A stretch of 64,000 nt of DNA. Origin: an uncultured archaeon (GTDB lineage: Archaea > Asgardarchaeota > Lokiarchaeia > Sigyniarchaeales > SOKP01). Location of the stretch: NCBI GenBank assembly GCA_964486045.1, contig CAZALK010000011.1:96001-160000 (forward strand). The letters are read 5' to 3'. This document shows positions 19,622 to 29,831 of the stretch, piece after piece; within the stretch, counting starts at the first letter, position 1, and the number at the start of each line of letters is the position of its first letter. A program made the position numbers and the translations under genes. The notes beneath the pieces were generated by a model. It was not told where the DNA came from and made no database searches. It worked only from the letters and a program-made list of their open reading frames with translations.

Positions 19622-20131
19622 TTGATGGTAGTAAAGGAAGTATTAATGCTGGGTAACCCTAAATTAAGAGAAATATCATCTGATATTAATAAATTCAACG
19701 ATGAATATAGAAAAAATCTTCAAGATCTGCGGGAGACACTTATATATCTCCAAGATACAAAAAAATTAGGGAGGGCTATCGCAGCACCGCAAATTGGTGT
19801 TATGAAGAATTTAATATATTTTCAATTAGCAGAAAGAAAATTTTATATGTTAAATCCTAGAATTACATGGAGAAGTGAGGAATTGATTAATGTATGGGAC
19901 AGTTGTTATAGTTTTGATATCAGGTTCTTCGTAGAAATTACAAGGAATAAAAGTATAAGAGTTGAATATCAAGATGAAAATGGTAATTCTATTAGTAAGG
20001 ATTTTTCAGATGATCTTTCTGAATTAGTTCAGCATGAAATAGATCATCTTCATGGGATACTAGCAACGGATCATTTAAAAGATGTAAAAGGAATAATAAT
20101 GAGAAGTGAATGGGAAAAGAGGTTTAAGTAA
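19622..20131 (+). CDS. def: Peptide deformylase family protein
   Basis: GRAIAAPQIG, DSCYS (for EGCLS), QHEIDHLHG. Confidence 0.85.
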   Translation: MMVVKEVLMLGNPKLREISSDINKFNDEYRKNLQDLRETLIYLQDTKKLGRAIAAPQIGVMKNLIYFQLAERKFYMLNPRITWRSEELINVWDSCYSFDIRFFVEITRNKSIRVEYQDENGNSISKDFSDDLSELVQHEIDHLHGILATDHLKDVKGIIMRSEWEKRFK

Positions 20132-20132
20132 T

Positions 20133-20819
20133 GTGAAAAGAATAGGAATTTTAGGTGGTATGTCTTATGAATCTACCATAAAATATTATAAATTAATACT
20201 CCAAAAACATTATGAAAAATTCAGTGACTATAATTATCCTGAAATTATTATTTTTAGTCTAAACTTTCAACAAGTTATTGATTATGAACTGAGTGATGAT
20301 AAAATTGCTTACATAGAGTATCTGATCAGTGCTATTAAATCATTGGAAAATGCTGGTGCTAACTTCGTAATAATGGCCGCAAATTCACCACACGCTGTGT
20401 ATGAGGAATTAGAGGGATTTGCTAAAGTCCCGATTCTAAGCATAGTTAAAACTACAATAAAAAAAGCACTAGCTGAAAATATGAAGACTCTACTCTTATT
20501 GGGTACAAAATTTACAATGCAATCTACATTTTATCAAGAGTATTCAAGAAGGTTAGGTATCAATGTTATTACACCGTCACTTCAAGAGCAGGGTGAAATA
20601 GATAAAATTATATTTAGTGAATTAGTAATAGGTATTAATAAACTCGAATCTAAGAAGAAAATACTTGAAATAATTGACTCCTATAATATAGATGGAGTGA
20701 TTTTAGGATGCACTGAATTACCTTTAATTTTAAGTCAAAAAGACACAAAAATCAAGCTGTTAGACACTCTAGAGCTTCACGTGGAAGCTGCTTTTACCTA
20801 CTATTTATTTATCCCATAG
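20133..20819 (+). CDS. Aspartate/glutamate racemase family (RacX/YgeA-like)
   Basis: IGILGGMSYEST, ANSPH, LLGTKFTM, ILGCTELP; GTG start just after the def stop. Confidence 0.88.
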   Translation: MKRIGILGGMSYESTIKYYKLILQKHYEKFSDYNYPEIIIFSLNFQQVIDYELSDDKIAYIEYLISAIKSLENAGANFVIMAANSPHAVYEELEGFAKVPILSIVKTTIKKALAENMKTLLLLGTKFTMQSTFYQEYSRRLGINVITPSLQEQGEIDKIIFSELVIGINKLESKKKILEIIDSYNIDGVILGCTELPLILSQKDTKIKLLDTLELHVEAAFTYYLFIP

Positions 20820-20945
20820 TTGTTTATAAGTTTTTTTAACTTCCAAATCTTATCTATTATACTCAAATATTATTGGTAATCTATTATCAAACGATCTAAA
20901 CTTACTGCTGTAAAATTCAAGGATCTAGCACCTATTATAATAGTA

Positions 20946-23153
20946 ATGCTATTGCTTTTTATTTCAACCTCAGTTTCTAGTATGTTGATTCCTAGTTATG
21001 CTACAATTCGAATTGAATTTAATATTCCAGAAGCATTAATAGCAATCCCAGATGCATTTTTTGTATTAATAAGTGCATTTTTTGCTCTATTTTGGGGATA
21101 TTGGGCCGATAAAATTGATAGAAAGAAAGTAGTAATCGCAGGAGCGTTTTCTTGGACAGTTGGGATGATAATAACGGCATTTTCCCCAAATTTTTTAGTG
21201 CTTGTAATTTCTAGAATGTCAAGTGGAGCAGGACTGGGTTGCGTATTGCCTGTTGGATATTCAATTATTTCAGATGCAATTCCTGCAGAAGAAAGATCAG
21301 GTTGGTTTGGTACACTTGCGATATTAAGCTCCATATCAAACGGTGCTGGTCAGGGTTTATCAGCTTTTTTAGGCCCTATTTTATCCTGGAGATTTCCATT
21401 TCTTTTACTTGCAATAATTAGCGTAATTATTATCATTATTCTCTTCTTTGTAAAAATACCTCAACGTGGGGCAAGTGAAGGTGAACTATTAGATTTAATG
21501 GAATTAAATTTAGAATATAGTTATCGAATTTCAAAGGAAGACATAGGAGTTATCATAAGAAAGAAGACAAATCTCTATTTAATAATGCAAGGATTTTTTT
21601 CTGTGATCCCCGGAACCGTGCTTGTTTATTTTACAACCTCAATGTTAATTACTGATTTTTTTAATAATATACCTAATCAAATTCAACTACAAACGGCTAC
21701 AATCTTTGCTGGTATGATCGGTGTAGGTTATCTTCTTGGTAACGCTGTTTTTGCTCGTTTAGGGGATAGTTTATTCCGTAGAAATAAAAAAAATAGGGCT
21801 AGATTGGCAACATTTTGTCTCATTTTTTCTATTCCTTTTGCAATTATATTACTGATTTCTTTACGTCCAATCAATGTTGGTAACTTAAATATTAATTATC
21901 CCATTCCTATTCCCCCAGATCAAGTAGGAGCCTTCATTCTTCAGACTATTGGGGCGATATTCGTGGCTTATCCCTCATATATTATTTTTTTCATATTTGC
22001 TATAATGGCTTCGATGTTGGGGGCAGGACCAGTTGCTAATAGAAATGCAGTGATGATAGATGTTAATATGCCTGAACATAAGGGGTCCGCAGCTTCTTTT
22101 TTCAAACTTTCAGAACAAATAAGTAAGGGTATAACCCTTCTAATATCCTATACTCTCATTTCGATACTCGGTAGTATTTTTAATATGATGTTTATAACAA
22201 TCTTCTTTTGGCTTCCCGCAGCTTTATTGTGGTTTCTTGCAAGCAAAAACGTGGAAAAAGATATGACTTATAAATCAAGAATTTTATCAGAAAGAAAACA
22301 GGTAAGTTTAATAGATTACATTTTTGAATTAGAAATCCAGATGGATAGAGCTATTCAAAAAGTACAAGATTCAAAATATTATATTCGAACAAACCAAGAT
22401 AAATTTAATAAATTACTCGATGATGCATTAATAATCTTTAAATTTTGCGAACGTGAAGGTGTATTAAGAAGTATCACAAATATAGAGAAGAAAGCACACA
22501 TAATGCACTTGAGAGTTCTACTAATTAAACATGAGACCAATATTATATATAAAAACCTTAAGAATCCAAATTTAACTGTCAATGAAATAGACAATTTGAT
22601 AAAAGAACTAAGTCAAAAATATACTAAGATTAGTGAATGGGAAAAAAGTACATTTGGAGAAATCCAAACCTATTATGAGGATGCGAGCTTAAAAATCATT
22701 GAAGCGAGATTAAATCGGAAAAAACATTTACTTGTAGGTTTGAGGAAAATATCCGAAGCAATTAAAATCTATGAGCGAGTGAAGTATTTGCTTAATGAAC
22801 GACTCGAAATTGTTGAGGAAAAACCTGAATTATCTGAGGATGAAGCGATAATAAAAGATAAGGAACAAGAACTTCTTAATAACTGTGTTCAATACTTGAA
22901 TGCAACAACAAAACTAAAGGAAGAAATAGAATTTACTTTTAAACAATTAGAACAAAAAGGCATTGAGGTTGAAGATTTAAGAAAAATTTCTGATCTTACT
23001 CAAGAGTATAATGTAGATCTTTATGATATCATTTTGGATACATTCAAGCAAGATCCTCTAACAAAATATGCTCTCCTCGATACATTAGAAACAATAGATG
23101 ATATATTTAAGCAGTATGATAACTGGAAGGAACTAGATCAAACTGTATTTTAA
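20946..23153 (+). CDS. MFS transporter fused to a long C-terminal helical/coiled-coil domain (frame open back to ATT at 20883)
   Basis: MFS motif A WGYWADKIDRK, about 12 hydrophobic helices, then about 295 aa soluble charged helical tail. Confidence 0.8.
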   Translation: MLLLFISTSVSSMLIPSYATIRIEFNIPEALIAIPDAFFVLISAFFALFWGYWADKIDRKKVVIAGAFSWTVGMIITAFSPNFLVLVISRMSSGAGLGCVLPVGYSIISDAIPAEERSGWFGTLAILSSISNGAGQGLSAFLGPILSWRFPFLLLAIISVIIIIILFFVKIPQRGASEGELLDLMELNLEYSYRISKEDIGVIIRKKTNLYLIMQGFFSVIPGTVLVYFTTSMLITDFFNNIPNQIQLQTATIFAGMIGVGYLLGNAVFARLGDSLFRRNKKNRARLATFCLIFSIPFAIILLISLRPINVGNLNINYPIPIPPDQVGAFILQTIGAIFVAYPSYIIFFIFAIMASMLGAGPVANRNAVMIDVNMPEHKGSAASFFKLSEQISKGITLLISYTLISILGSIFNMMFITIFFWLPAALLWFLASKNVEKDMTYKSRILSERKQVSLIDYIFELEIQMDRAIQKVQDSKYYIRTNQDKFNKLLDDALIIFKFCEREGVLRSITNIEKKAHIMHLRVLLIKHETNIIYKNLKNPNLTVNEIDNLIKELSQKYTKISEWEKSTFGEIQTYYEDASLKIIEARLNRKKHLLVGLRKISEAIKIYERVKYLLNERLEIVEEKPELSEDEAIIKDKEQELLNNCVQYLNATTKLKEEIEFTFKQLEQKGIEVEDLRKISDLTQEYNVDLYDIILDTFKQDPLTKYALLDTLETIDDIFKQYDNWKELDQTVF

Positions 23154-23158
23154 ATGAT

Positions 23159-23425
23159 CTAGTTGTTGCACTCCCCTCTTAATAATTCAAACATCTGAAA
23201 TCTTTCATTTTCTGTTAGCTCCTTAGGTTTTTTTCCCCTTTTATCTAAATAATCACCGTACCCTTCATTAAAACTTAAGTTAACTAGAAATAACAAACAA
23301 TTTCTGACTCTCAAAGCGTTTGATAATTCATCTTCGAGATCTTTCATTAGCTCTATGATAACCTTATATTTCGTTACCCAACCGTTGCTATTTGCCTCTA
23401 AGATTTTATCGAAACAATCTCCCAT
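23159..23425 (-). CDS. Hypothetical protein
   Basis: 88-aa ORF filling the gap, plausible composition. Confidence 0.55.
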   Translation of the reverse strand: MGDCFDKILEANSNGWVTKYKVIIELMKDLEDELSNALRVRNCLLFLVNLSFNEGYGDYLDKRGKKPKELTENERFQMFELLRGECNN

Positions 23426-23592
23426 TTTTACGATGTAATTTTAAATTATTTTCCTAAAACTATACCATCTAAAGATCCTAAGCAATCACATAAAGATTCG
23501 TGAATTTAAAAGTATCTGTTGTCGTTTTAGTCAAATTACAAAGTGAAAAAAAAAATAGTTTGCAAAAATAGGTCATAAAATATTTATCGCAA

Positions 23593-24144
23593 TTAAAATG
23601 CTTCAATATCTTGAACAAAAGTTTCTATTTTTTGCTCTAAATCAACAATATCATCAACATCCTTAATTTCTGATGAGGCGAGTTTGTTTAAAAACTCTTT
23701 CAATAATTTTTCTTTCCCCTTATCTGTTGGAAACAAAAGGCTACTTTTATAATGCTCCCAATCTAAGATATTAGTAAAAATTAAAAATAAAACTTCGATG
23801 TGGCTAAAATCTAATAGTCTTTGGAGCTTATCTTTAGTTATTAATAATTTTGTGTGATCCGTATAAAAATCTGACAAATCATCATAATAATTAGTAATCC
23901 TGGCAATATTATCTAACTGAGAACGCAGTGCTGCTTGGTTAATGGGGCTTTCCTCATCCTTATACAAGATATCAAAGTAATTCATAATAAACTCTTTTAA
24001 TCTTTGTAGTTTGGTTTGGAAAACTCTAGTTTTTACAATACGCTCAAACATTGGTGATTCACGATCAGAATAGAATTTTAACTCGAACTTTACTATATCT
24101 AAAATGTCAAAAAACAATTCTCTTATGTCAATCTCTTCACTCAT
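23593..24144 (-). CDS. Hypothetical helical protein
   Basis: 183-aa ORF, GTGA SD-like element upstream. Confidence 0.65.
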   Translation of the reverse strand: MSEEIDIRELFFDILDIVKFELKFYSDRESPMFERIVKTRVFQTKLQRLKEFIMNYFDILYKDEESPINQAALRSQLDNIARITNYYDDLSDFYTDHTKLLITKDKLQRLLDFSHIEVLFLIFTNILDWEHYKSSLLFPTDKGKEKLLKEFLNKLASSEIKDVDDIVDLEQKIETFVQDIEAF

Positions 24145-24311
24145 AATCAGTCACTATCAGATTCTAAAACTAGCAGTATTACAATTCTAAATAAATTCAC
24201 AGATATTTATATTTTTATATTTAAGAATTAATTCTCTTTATCATTAAATTCTTAACGGAAAAGTGCGATCAGGAATGATTGGTTCTATTTTCCTAGAGAT
24301 AACATGTGAAC

Positions 24312-25214
24312 TTATTTTTCATTTATTAATTTTTGATAGGCTATAGCTTTCAAGTGAATTTTAACAATTCGAATAGGGCACCGGAGCATAAAGTTCATAT
24401 CATCAATAGGTGCTTTCCTGAAATTTATGAATTTTGAGTAGAACTTTTTTGCTCTTTTTTGAGACCTAGGTTTTTCCAAAGAAATAAACCTTTTGGTAAT
24501 TGTTTTCAGTGGTTTCGTATCTCTATAACAATAAAAGTTAGAAGCTTTCAAAGCCCATTTTATAGCCTCTAACTGATATTTCGTGGGATCAAGCTTTCTA
24601 AACAAAGATATGATGATTGAGAAAAATGAAATCATAAGGTTCATTATCGTACTTTTAATCATTTCAAAAAAAGTAATTTGAATTTTAGACCTGAGTTTCT
24701 CTCTTAGATCCTCTCCGTACAAAGTCGTGCTATTGGAGAGAATAATGCCCAAAACTATATTACGCGGAGCAAAAGCAGCTGAAAATACTTTATTGACTCT
24801 AAAAATTTTATGAAAATTCCCTTCCTCCCAATATTTTTTTTTGGTTAAAAAATGGCTAACAAAAATACCTGTGGTTTGCTGGATTACACCCATAATCTTC
24901 TTGGTCAACTTAGTGTTAAACTCTCGGAATTTATGTTTGATTTCCAGAGCAATAAAATATTTTTCAATCTCTTTTATATGATGATTAGTGACTCGATCCT
25001 TGAATATTATAAGTATATCACAATCAGATACTTCAGTGACTTCACTTTTTGCTCTTTGACTTCCAAAAAGGATCATTGATAATATCTTATTTATTCCAAT
25101 CTCTTTATTAACAAGATTCAGAATATCCTTAATATAATTGCGTGATTGTTCATTTATATCTCTTAAATTCTCTTCAATCTTTTTTGTGCTCTTTATAATG
25201 CTCGTATCTTGCAC
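24312..25214 (-). CDS. Pol-beta superfamily nucleotidyltransferase domain protein
   Basis: ILFGSQ..SDCDILII (GS..DxD) followed by a helical C-terminal domain. Confidence 0.75.
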   Translation of the reverse strand: MQDTSIIKSTKKIEENLRDINEQSRNYIKDILNLVNKEIGINKILSMILFGSQRAKSEVTEVSDCDILIIFKDRVTNHHIKEIEKYFIALEIKHKFREFNTKLTKKIMGVIQQTTGIFVSHFLTKKKYWEEGNFHKIFRVNKVFSAAFAPRNIVLGIILSNSTTLYGEDLREKLRSKIQITFFEMIKSTIMNLMISFFSIIISLFRKLDPTKYQLEAIKWALKASNFYCYRDTKPLKTITKRFISLEKPRSQKRAKKFYSKFINFRKAPIDDMNFMLRCPIRIVKIHLKAIAYQKLINEK

Positions 25215-25316
25215 TTCGAATCAATTATCCATTGTAATTGTACTTGATGAGAATTATTACGTTTATTAATAATAAAAAAATTAATTAAAGATATAATTTG
25301 AATAAATCTTTCCATT

Positions 25317-25715
25317 TTATTTATCAAGATTGTAGGCTGTTTGAAATCCTTCGTGTATCGCATCCATCATTGTACGTTTTTTCTTATCTTTGTCGTTACA
25401 ATCTCCCACTCTATATATCTTATATGATGGATTTGAAGCTTCTGCTTTATCGTATAGATCGGTATTGGGTTTTACTCCAGTCGCTAAAATAAATGTATCA
25501 ATATCATCTAGTGTATTCTTTTCACCTTCAAGTTCATATTCTATGGATTTTCCTTCGAGTTTTGTGATATTTGCTCCCGTAATAGTCTTTATACCCATTT
25601 TCATCGTATGGCCAATCATGAAACCACGGGTGGTCCTACCGAGATTAAGTCCTAATTTAGGAAGTTTTTCAATAATAATTTCCCCTTTTTTCTCAAGAAT
25701 CGTTACATTATGACT
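25317..25715 (-). pseudogene. Inverted, internally deleted remnant of a fadH paralog
   Basis: HNVTILEKK fused directly to IIEKLPKLGLNLGRTTRGFMIGH..AYNLDK, matching two separate parts of 26986-29013. Confidence 0.85.
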
Positions 25716-25970
25716 AGCGGTGGTAAAATGTGCATTTTCTGTATGAAAGGTATAATCACTCAAACTGTTTTTGGTATTTTAGATTTTGTTAATTTATTAT
25801 AAATTTTAGGTAGTGAAACTATATTAGCTTTTCTTTTTGTAGCAAGTCAAACAAGAACGATTATACAATTTCTTTTATCGGACTTCCTTAATTTAAGCTT
25901 CCTCATTATCAAGTTCATAAGTCTTTGAACTTATCTTCTGATAAATTTAAAAGAGAAGGCTAGAAGAATA

Positions 25971-26210
25971 TTGGAATTCGGTTTTGAGGATCTTTATTAT
26001 TACTCTTTTGTGCTTGGTCCTAACCGTTATTATGAAAAACGATTAAGCAAAGCTGAAAAGATTAAAGTTGTAATGTCTAATATGGAATTTAATATTAGAA
26101 TGTATGAGAAATATAAAAAACATAAAAACAATAGATATGATAAAAAAGAATTAAACTATAATCAATGGATTCTAATCTCCCAAATCGAATATATTAAGAA
26201 AAATAATTGA
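25971..26210 (+). CDS. Small hypothetical protein or gene remnant
   Basis: 79-aa ORF with TTG start, no recognisable motif. Confidence 0.3.
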   Translation: MEFGFEDLYYYSFVLGPNRYYEKRLSKAEKIKVVMSNMEFNIRMYEKYKKHKNNRYDKKELNYNQWILISQIEYIKKNN

Positions 26211-26270
26211 AATCACTTTCTTTTTTTTTCCTTTTTCTTCCTGTAATAAGCTATAATTTTTTGAAAGCGT

Positions 26271-26572
26271 TAAACAAAAACAGAATGATAAAATCCCTTT
26301 CTAATACTGTAATAAAGGAAGGACGATGGGAACTAAGATAAAAAATTAATCTTAATTATCTCAACTTTTACGGCTTCAAATCGTGGTTTAGGTAAAGTCT
26401 TGGTTAATATTGGGCTTGGGAGAGAAATATTAACATCTACCCCATGGCGTGGGGATATCATAGAAAAGGAGAAGGTTAAATTGTAAACTATTAATTCCTC
26501 CTGAACTTATATCTTTTTTTTATTCTCGAAGCACAAAACAAACAAAATAGAATGATAAAATCCTTTTTAATA
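26271..26572 (+). repeat. Degenerate direct repeat pair (26271-26306 and about 26538-26572)
   Basis: aaacaaaaacagaatgataaaatccctttctaata versus aaacaaaatagaatgataaaatcctttttaata. Confidence 0.6.
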
Positions 26573-26985
26573 TTTAAAGAAGAACAAAGGGGAATAATAT
26601 GAATTATGTTCCTATCTTTCTTCTTGCATTGATTACTAATTCTAAGCGCATTAGGTAGTGATTTTTATCGATACAAAGCTTGAAAAATTTTAACTATTAA
26701 GTTTATCGGCTAATGAATTTATATGACTCTCTCTTGAAAAATTCTTTGAAGATGACATCAGAAAATATGGCTTAAATAGAGTCTCTGTAGAGAATTTAAA
26801 ATTACTAATATTTATAATATTTAATGGGGTATGTGTAAAATCCTATCAATTTTTGCTTTACATGGGGTATAATTAGGAAAAATAGTAAATGGTGATCGTA
26901 AACACTAAAAATTTTAAAAAATTTAAAACTCATTGAAAATTTAAAGCTAGTAATAATTGAAAATTAAAAAGGAAAAATGTAAATT

Positions 26986-29013
26986 TTGAAGTTTGTTAAA
27001 CTTTTTGAACCTTTAAAATTAAGAAATGTAGAGATTCGCAATAGAATTGTGATGCCTGCTATGGCGCTCAATTTTTCACCCGATAGATCTGTAAATGATA
27101 AAACTATTGATTTTTATGAGGAAAGAGCTAAGGGAGGTGTAGGGTTAATAATCCTTGGAGGGTGTTCCGTAGAAGATAGAGGTGGTGGTCCGACAATGTT
27201 ATCGATCGCTGAGGATAAATTTGTACAAGGTTACACAGCTTTCGCGGAAAAAATGCACAAACATGGAGCCAAAACGATTGTCCAATTATACCATGCGGGG
27301 GCATATTCAGGTATGCCGGGAATGGTTTCATCCTCAGCTGTAATGTCAAATTTAACTAGAAGAGTTCCCGAAGAATTAACGATAGAAGAGATCAAAATTG
27401 TTCAAGAAAGTCATGCCAAAGCGGCGGAGCGGGTAAGAGAAGCGGGCTTCGATGGAGTAGAGTTATTGGGATCGGCAGGCTACTTAATAAATCAATTTCT
27501 TAGTCCGATGACAAACAAACGAACTGATGAATATGGAGGTTCATTAGAAAATCGTCTTAGATACCCTTTAGAATTAATAGAATTAGTCAAGGAAAGAGTA
27601 GGAAGAGATATTTTGGTAGGAATGAGAGTCGCTGGAGATGATTTTGTACCGGGGTCTAACACTTATAAGGAAAGTGCATTGTTTGCTAAACATTATGATG
27701 AGGCAGGTGTAGACTTCATAAATGTGACTGGGGGCTGGCATGAAACTAGGATTCCCCAGCTTCCAATGTTAGTACCGCCAGCAACTTATGTGTATTTAGC
27801 TGCAAACATAAAGGAAAACTTAAATGGACCCGTTTTTTCTGCGAACCGAATTAATGATCCCATACTAGCCGAGAGAATTTTAAGAAATGAATGGGCAGAC
27901 GCAATAGCCATGGGAAGGGGACTTATTGCTGATCCTTACTTACCCAATAAGGCTAAAGAAAACAAATTATGGGACATTAAGAAGTGTTTAGCGTGTAACC
28001 AAGGATGCTTTGATAAAATCTTTACCGGAAAATCGGTAGAATGCTTGCGAAATTATCAGGCTTCACGAGAGGGTAAATTTGACCTCGATCAAAAAACAAA
28101 ATCTCCTAAGAAAGTGGTGATCGTTGGAAGCGGACCTGGAGGATTAGAAGCAGCTCGTGTAGCGACAATACTGGGCCATAAAGTCACGATCTTAGAAAAA
28201 AAAGAGAAGATTGGAGGTCAAGTTAATGCCGCTTTTGTCCCACCTGGACGCGGTGAGATGCAAGAGATTATTAAGTATTACAAATCACAAATAAAACACC
28301 GAAATATTGATGTACGACTTAACACTGAAGCGACATTAGAGAAAATTAATGAACTCGACCCTGAAGTAGTTATATTTGCTACTGGAGTCAAGTTTAGTAT
28401 CCCAGATATTCCAGGCATCGATGGTAGCCTTGGAAGTACAGTATATTTTGCTGATGATGTGCTTACTGGGGATTACCATATTGGAAAAAATGTAGTCGTA
28501 GTAGGAGGATCAGCTACTGGAATGGAAACGGCAATCTGGGTAGCGGACCTTGGGGCCTTAGATTCAGAAATAGCAAGGTTTATAAGTCTTTATGAATTGG
28601 TTCCGCGTGACGAAATCTTTAGCAAGTGGCTTCGGGGTAATAGAGATGTTACCATCATTGAAAAACTTCCTAAAATAGGACTTAATCTTGGGAGAACTAC
28701 TCGTGGATTCATGATTGGTCATTCAATGAAGATGGGTATAAAGACTATAACTAATGCAAACATAACAAAATTCGAAGGAAAAACTGTGGAATATAAAATA
28801 GGAGATGAAAAGAATACATTAGAAAATATTGATACATTTATATTAGCAACGGGTGTAAAACCTAATACAGAACTTTACGACAAAGCCATAGCTTCGGATC
28901 CAATATATAAAGTATATAGAGTCGGAGACTGTGACGACAAGAAACCAGAAAAACGTAATATGCTGGAAGCAATACACCAAGGATATTTGACAGCTTTCAA
29001 CCTAGATAAATAA
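26986..29013 (+). CDS. fadH: 2,4-dienoyl-CoA reductase (OYE/NADH:flavin oxidoreductase with Fe-S and FAD domains)
   Basis: NRIVMPAM, ERAKGGVGLI, GSAGYLINQFLSP..RTDEYGGSLENR, GGWHETRIP, CLACNQGC, GSGPGG. Confidence 0.85.
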   Translation: MKFVKLFEPLKLRNVEIRNRIVMPAMALNFSPDRSVNDKTIDFYEERAKGGVGLIILGGCSVEDRGGGPTMLSIAEDKFVQGYTAFAEKMHKHGAKTIVQLYHAGAYSGMPGMVSSSAVMSNLTRRVPEELTIEEIKIVQESHAKAAERVREAGFDGVELLGSAGYLINQFLSPMTNKRTDEYGGSLENRLRYPLELIELVKERVGRDILVGMRVAGDDFVPGSNTYKESALFAKHYDEAGVDFINVTGGWHETRIPQLPMLVPPATYVYLAANIKENLNGPVFSANRINDPILAERILRNEWADAIAMGRGLIADPYLPNKAKENKLWDIKKCLACNQGCFDKIFTGKSVECLRNYQASREGKFDLDQKTKSPKKVVIVGSGPGGLEAARVATILGHKVTILEKKEKIGGQVNAAFVPPGRGEMQEIIKYYKSQIKHRNIDVRLNTEATLEKINELDPEVVIFATGVKFSIPDIPGIDGSLGSTVYFADDVLTGDYHIGKNVVVVGGSATGMETAIWVADLGALDSEIARFISLYELVPRDEIFSKWLRGNRDVTIIEKLPKIGLNLGRTTRGFMIGHSMKMGIKTITNANITKFEGKTVEYKIGDEKNTLENIDTFILATGVKPNTELYDKAIASDPIYKVYRVGDCDDKKPEKRNMLEAIHQGYLTAFNLDK

Positions 29014-29065
29014 GATGGAGAGCAAAAAAAAGCTTATTATTAAATAAAATTTTTTAACTAAATTT

Positions 29066-29434
29066 TCAATATTCTAATCTCGCTAACCCCCTCATTAAGC
29101 TTGGCCTCCGAGATCGCTTATAACAATCGGTGCAGAACCAAGAATTATGTTTACGTACGTATATCATGTCCTGATCGGTCCTACGACATGATGGGCACAT
29201 GCAAATGGAATTTCTGAGCACCCTATCTATTTCGTAATTCTCTTCTACTAACTTTTTATATCGGCTATCTTCATGAGGCTTCCACCCACTCTTTAAATAT
29301 TTTAATAAATAAGTTTGCTCGTTTTGATTAACACCTCGCCTAACGTTAGCGACGCTGATCCACAACAGCCGGAGATTGTTCCTTACTTTTCGTAAAAAAT
29401 CAGTACGCAGTTCAATTTTTTTTTTGTCCTTCAC
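29066..29434 (-). CDS. Hypothetical protein with C-terminal zinc finger
   Basis: CMCPSC..WFCTDC. Confidence 0.6.
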   Translation of the reverse strand: MKDKKKIELRTDFLRKVRNNLRLLWISVANVRRGVNQNEQTYLLKYLKSGWKPHEDSRYKKLVEENYEIDRVLRNSICMCPSCRRTDQDMIYVRKHNSWFCTDCYKRSRRPSLMRGLARLEY

Positions 29435-29831
29435 AATAATTAAAAAAAAGTTATGATATTTAAATTAATCATTCAAAAAGTCTCGTCTTTATCAAGTTCG
29501 ATCCCTTGGCTGAAATCAAAATACTTAAGGAGGGCAGTTCTATCCGCAAATCCCGGAATTCTTACGAGCATTGAATATACACCATCTCCATCCGTATGTT
29601 GGAAAAACCTCTAGTGAGTAGAATGAGTTTTAAATCTTTTAATAAAATTGAAATTGTTCAAAGAGTAAAATATATCTTATTATAATCAAAAAAGAAGAAG
29701 ATTATAAGGCCCCAGATTAAAAAGAGAACCATCAGTGAAAATAGGAAACTGGATTTTTAAAGAGTTTTAAATTTTTTATAAAAGCAATAGTATTCTGATT
29801 AGAGTTCTCTGGTGTTTAATAAACTTATTAT

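Noticed and set aside
29473-29610. Start-less minus-strand frame RFFQHTDGDGVYSMLVRIPGFADRTALLKYFDF..
   Set aside because: Possibly a gene remnant, but too short to assign
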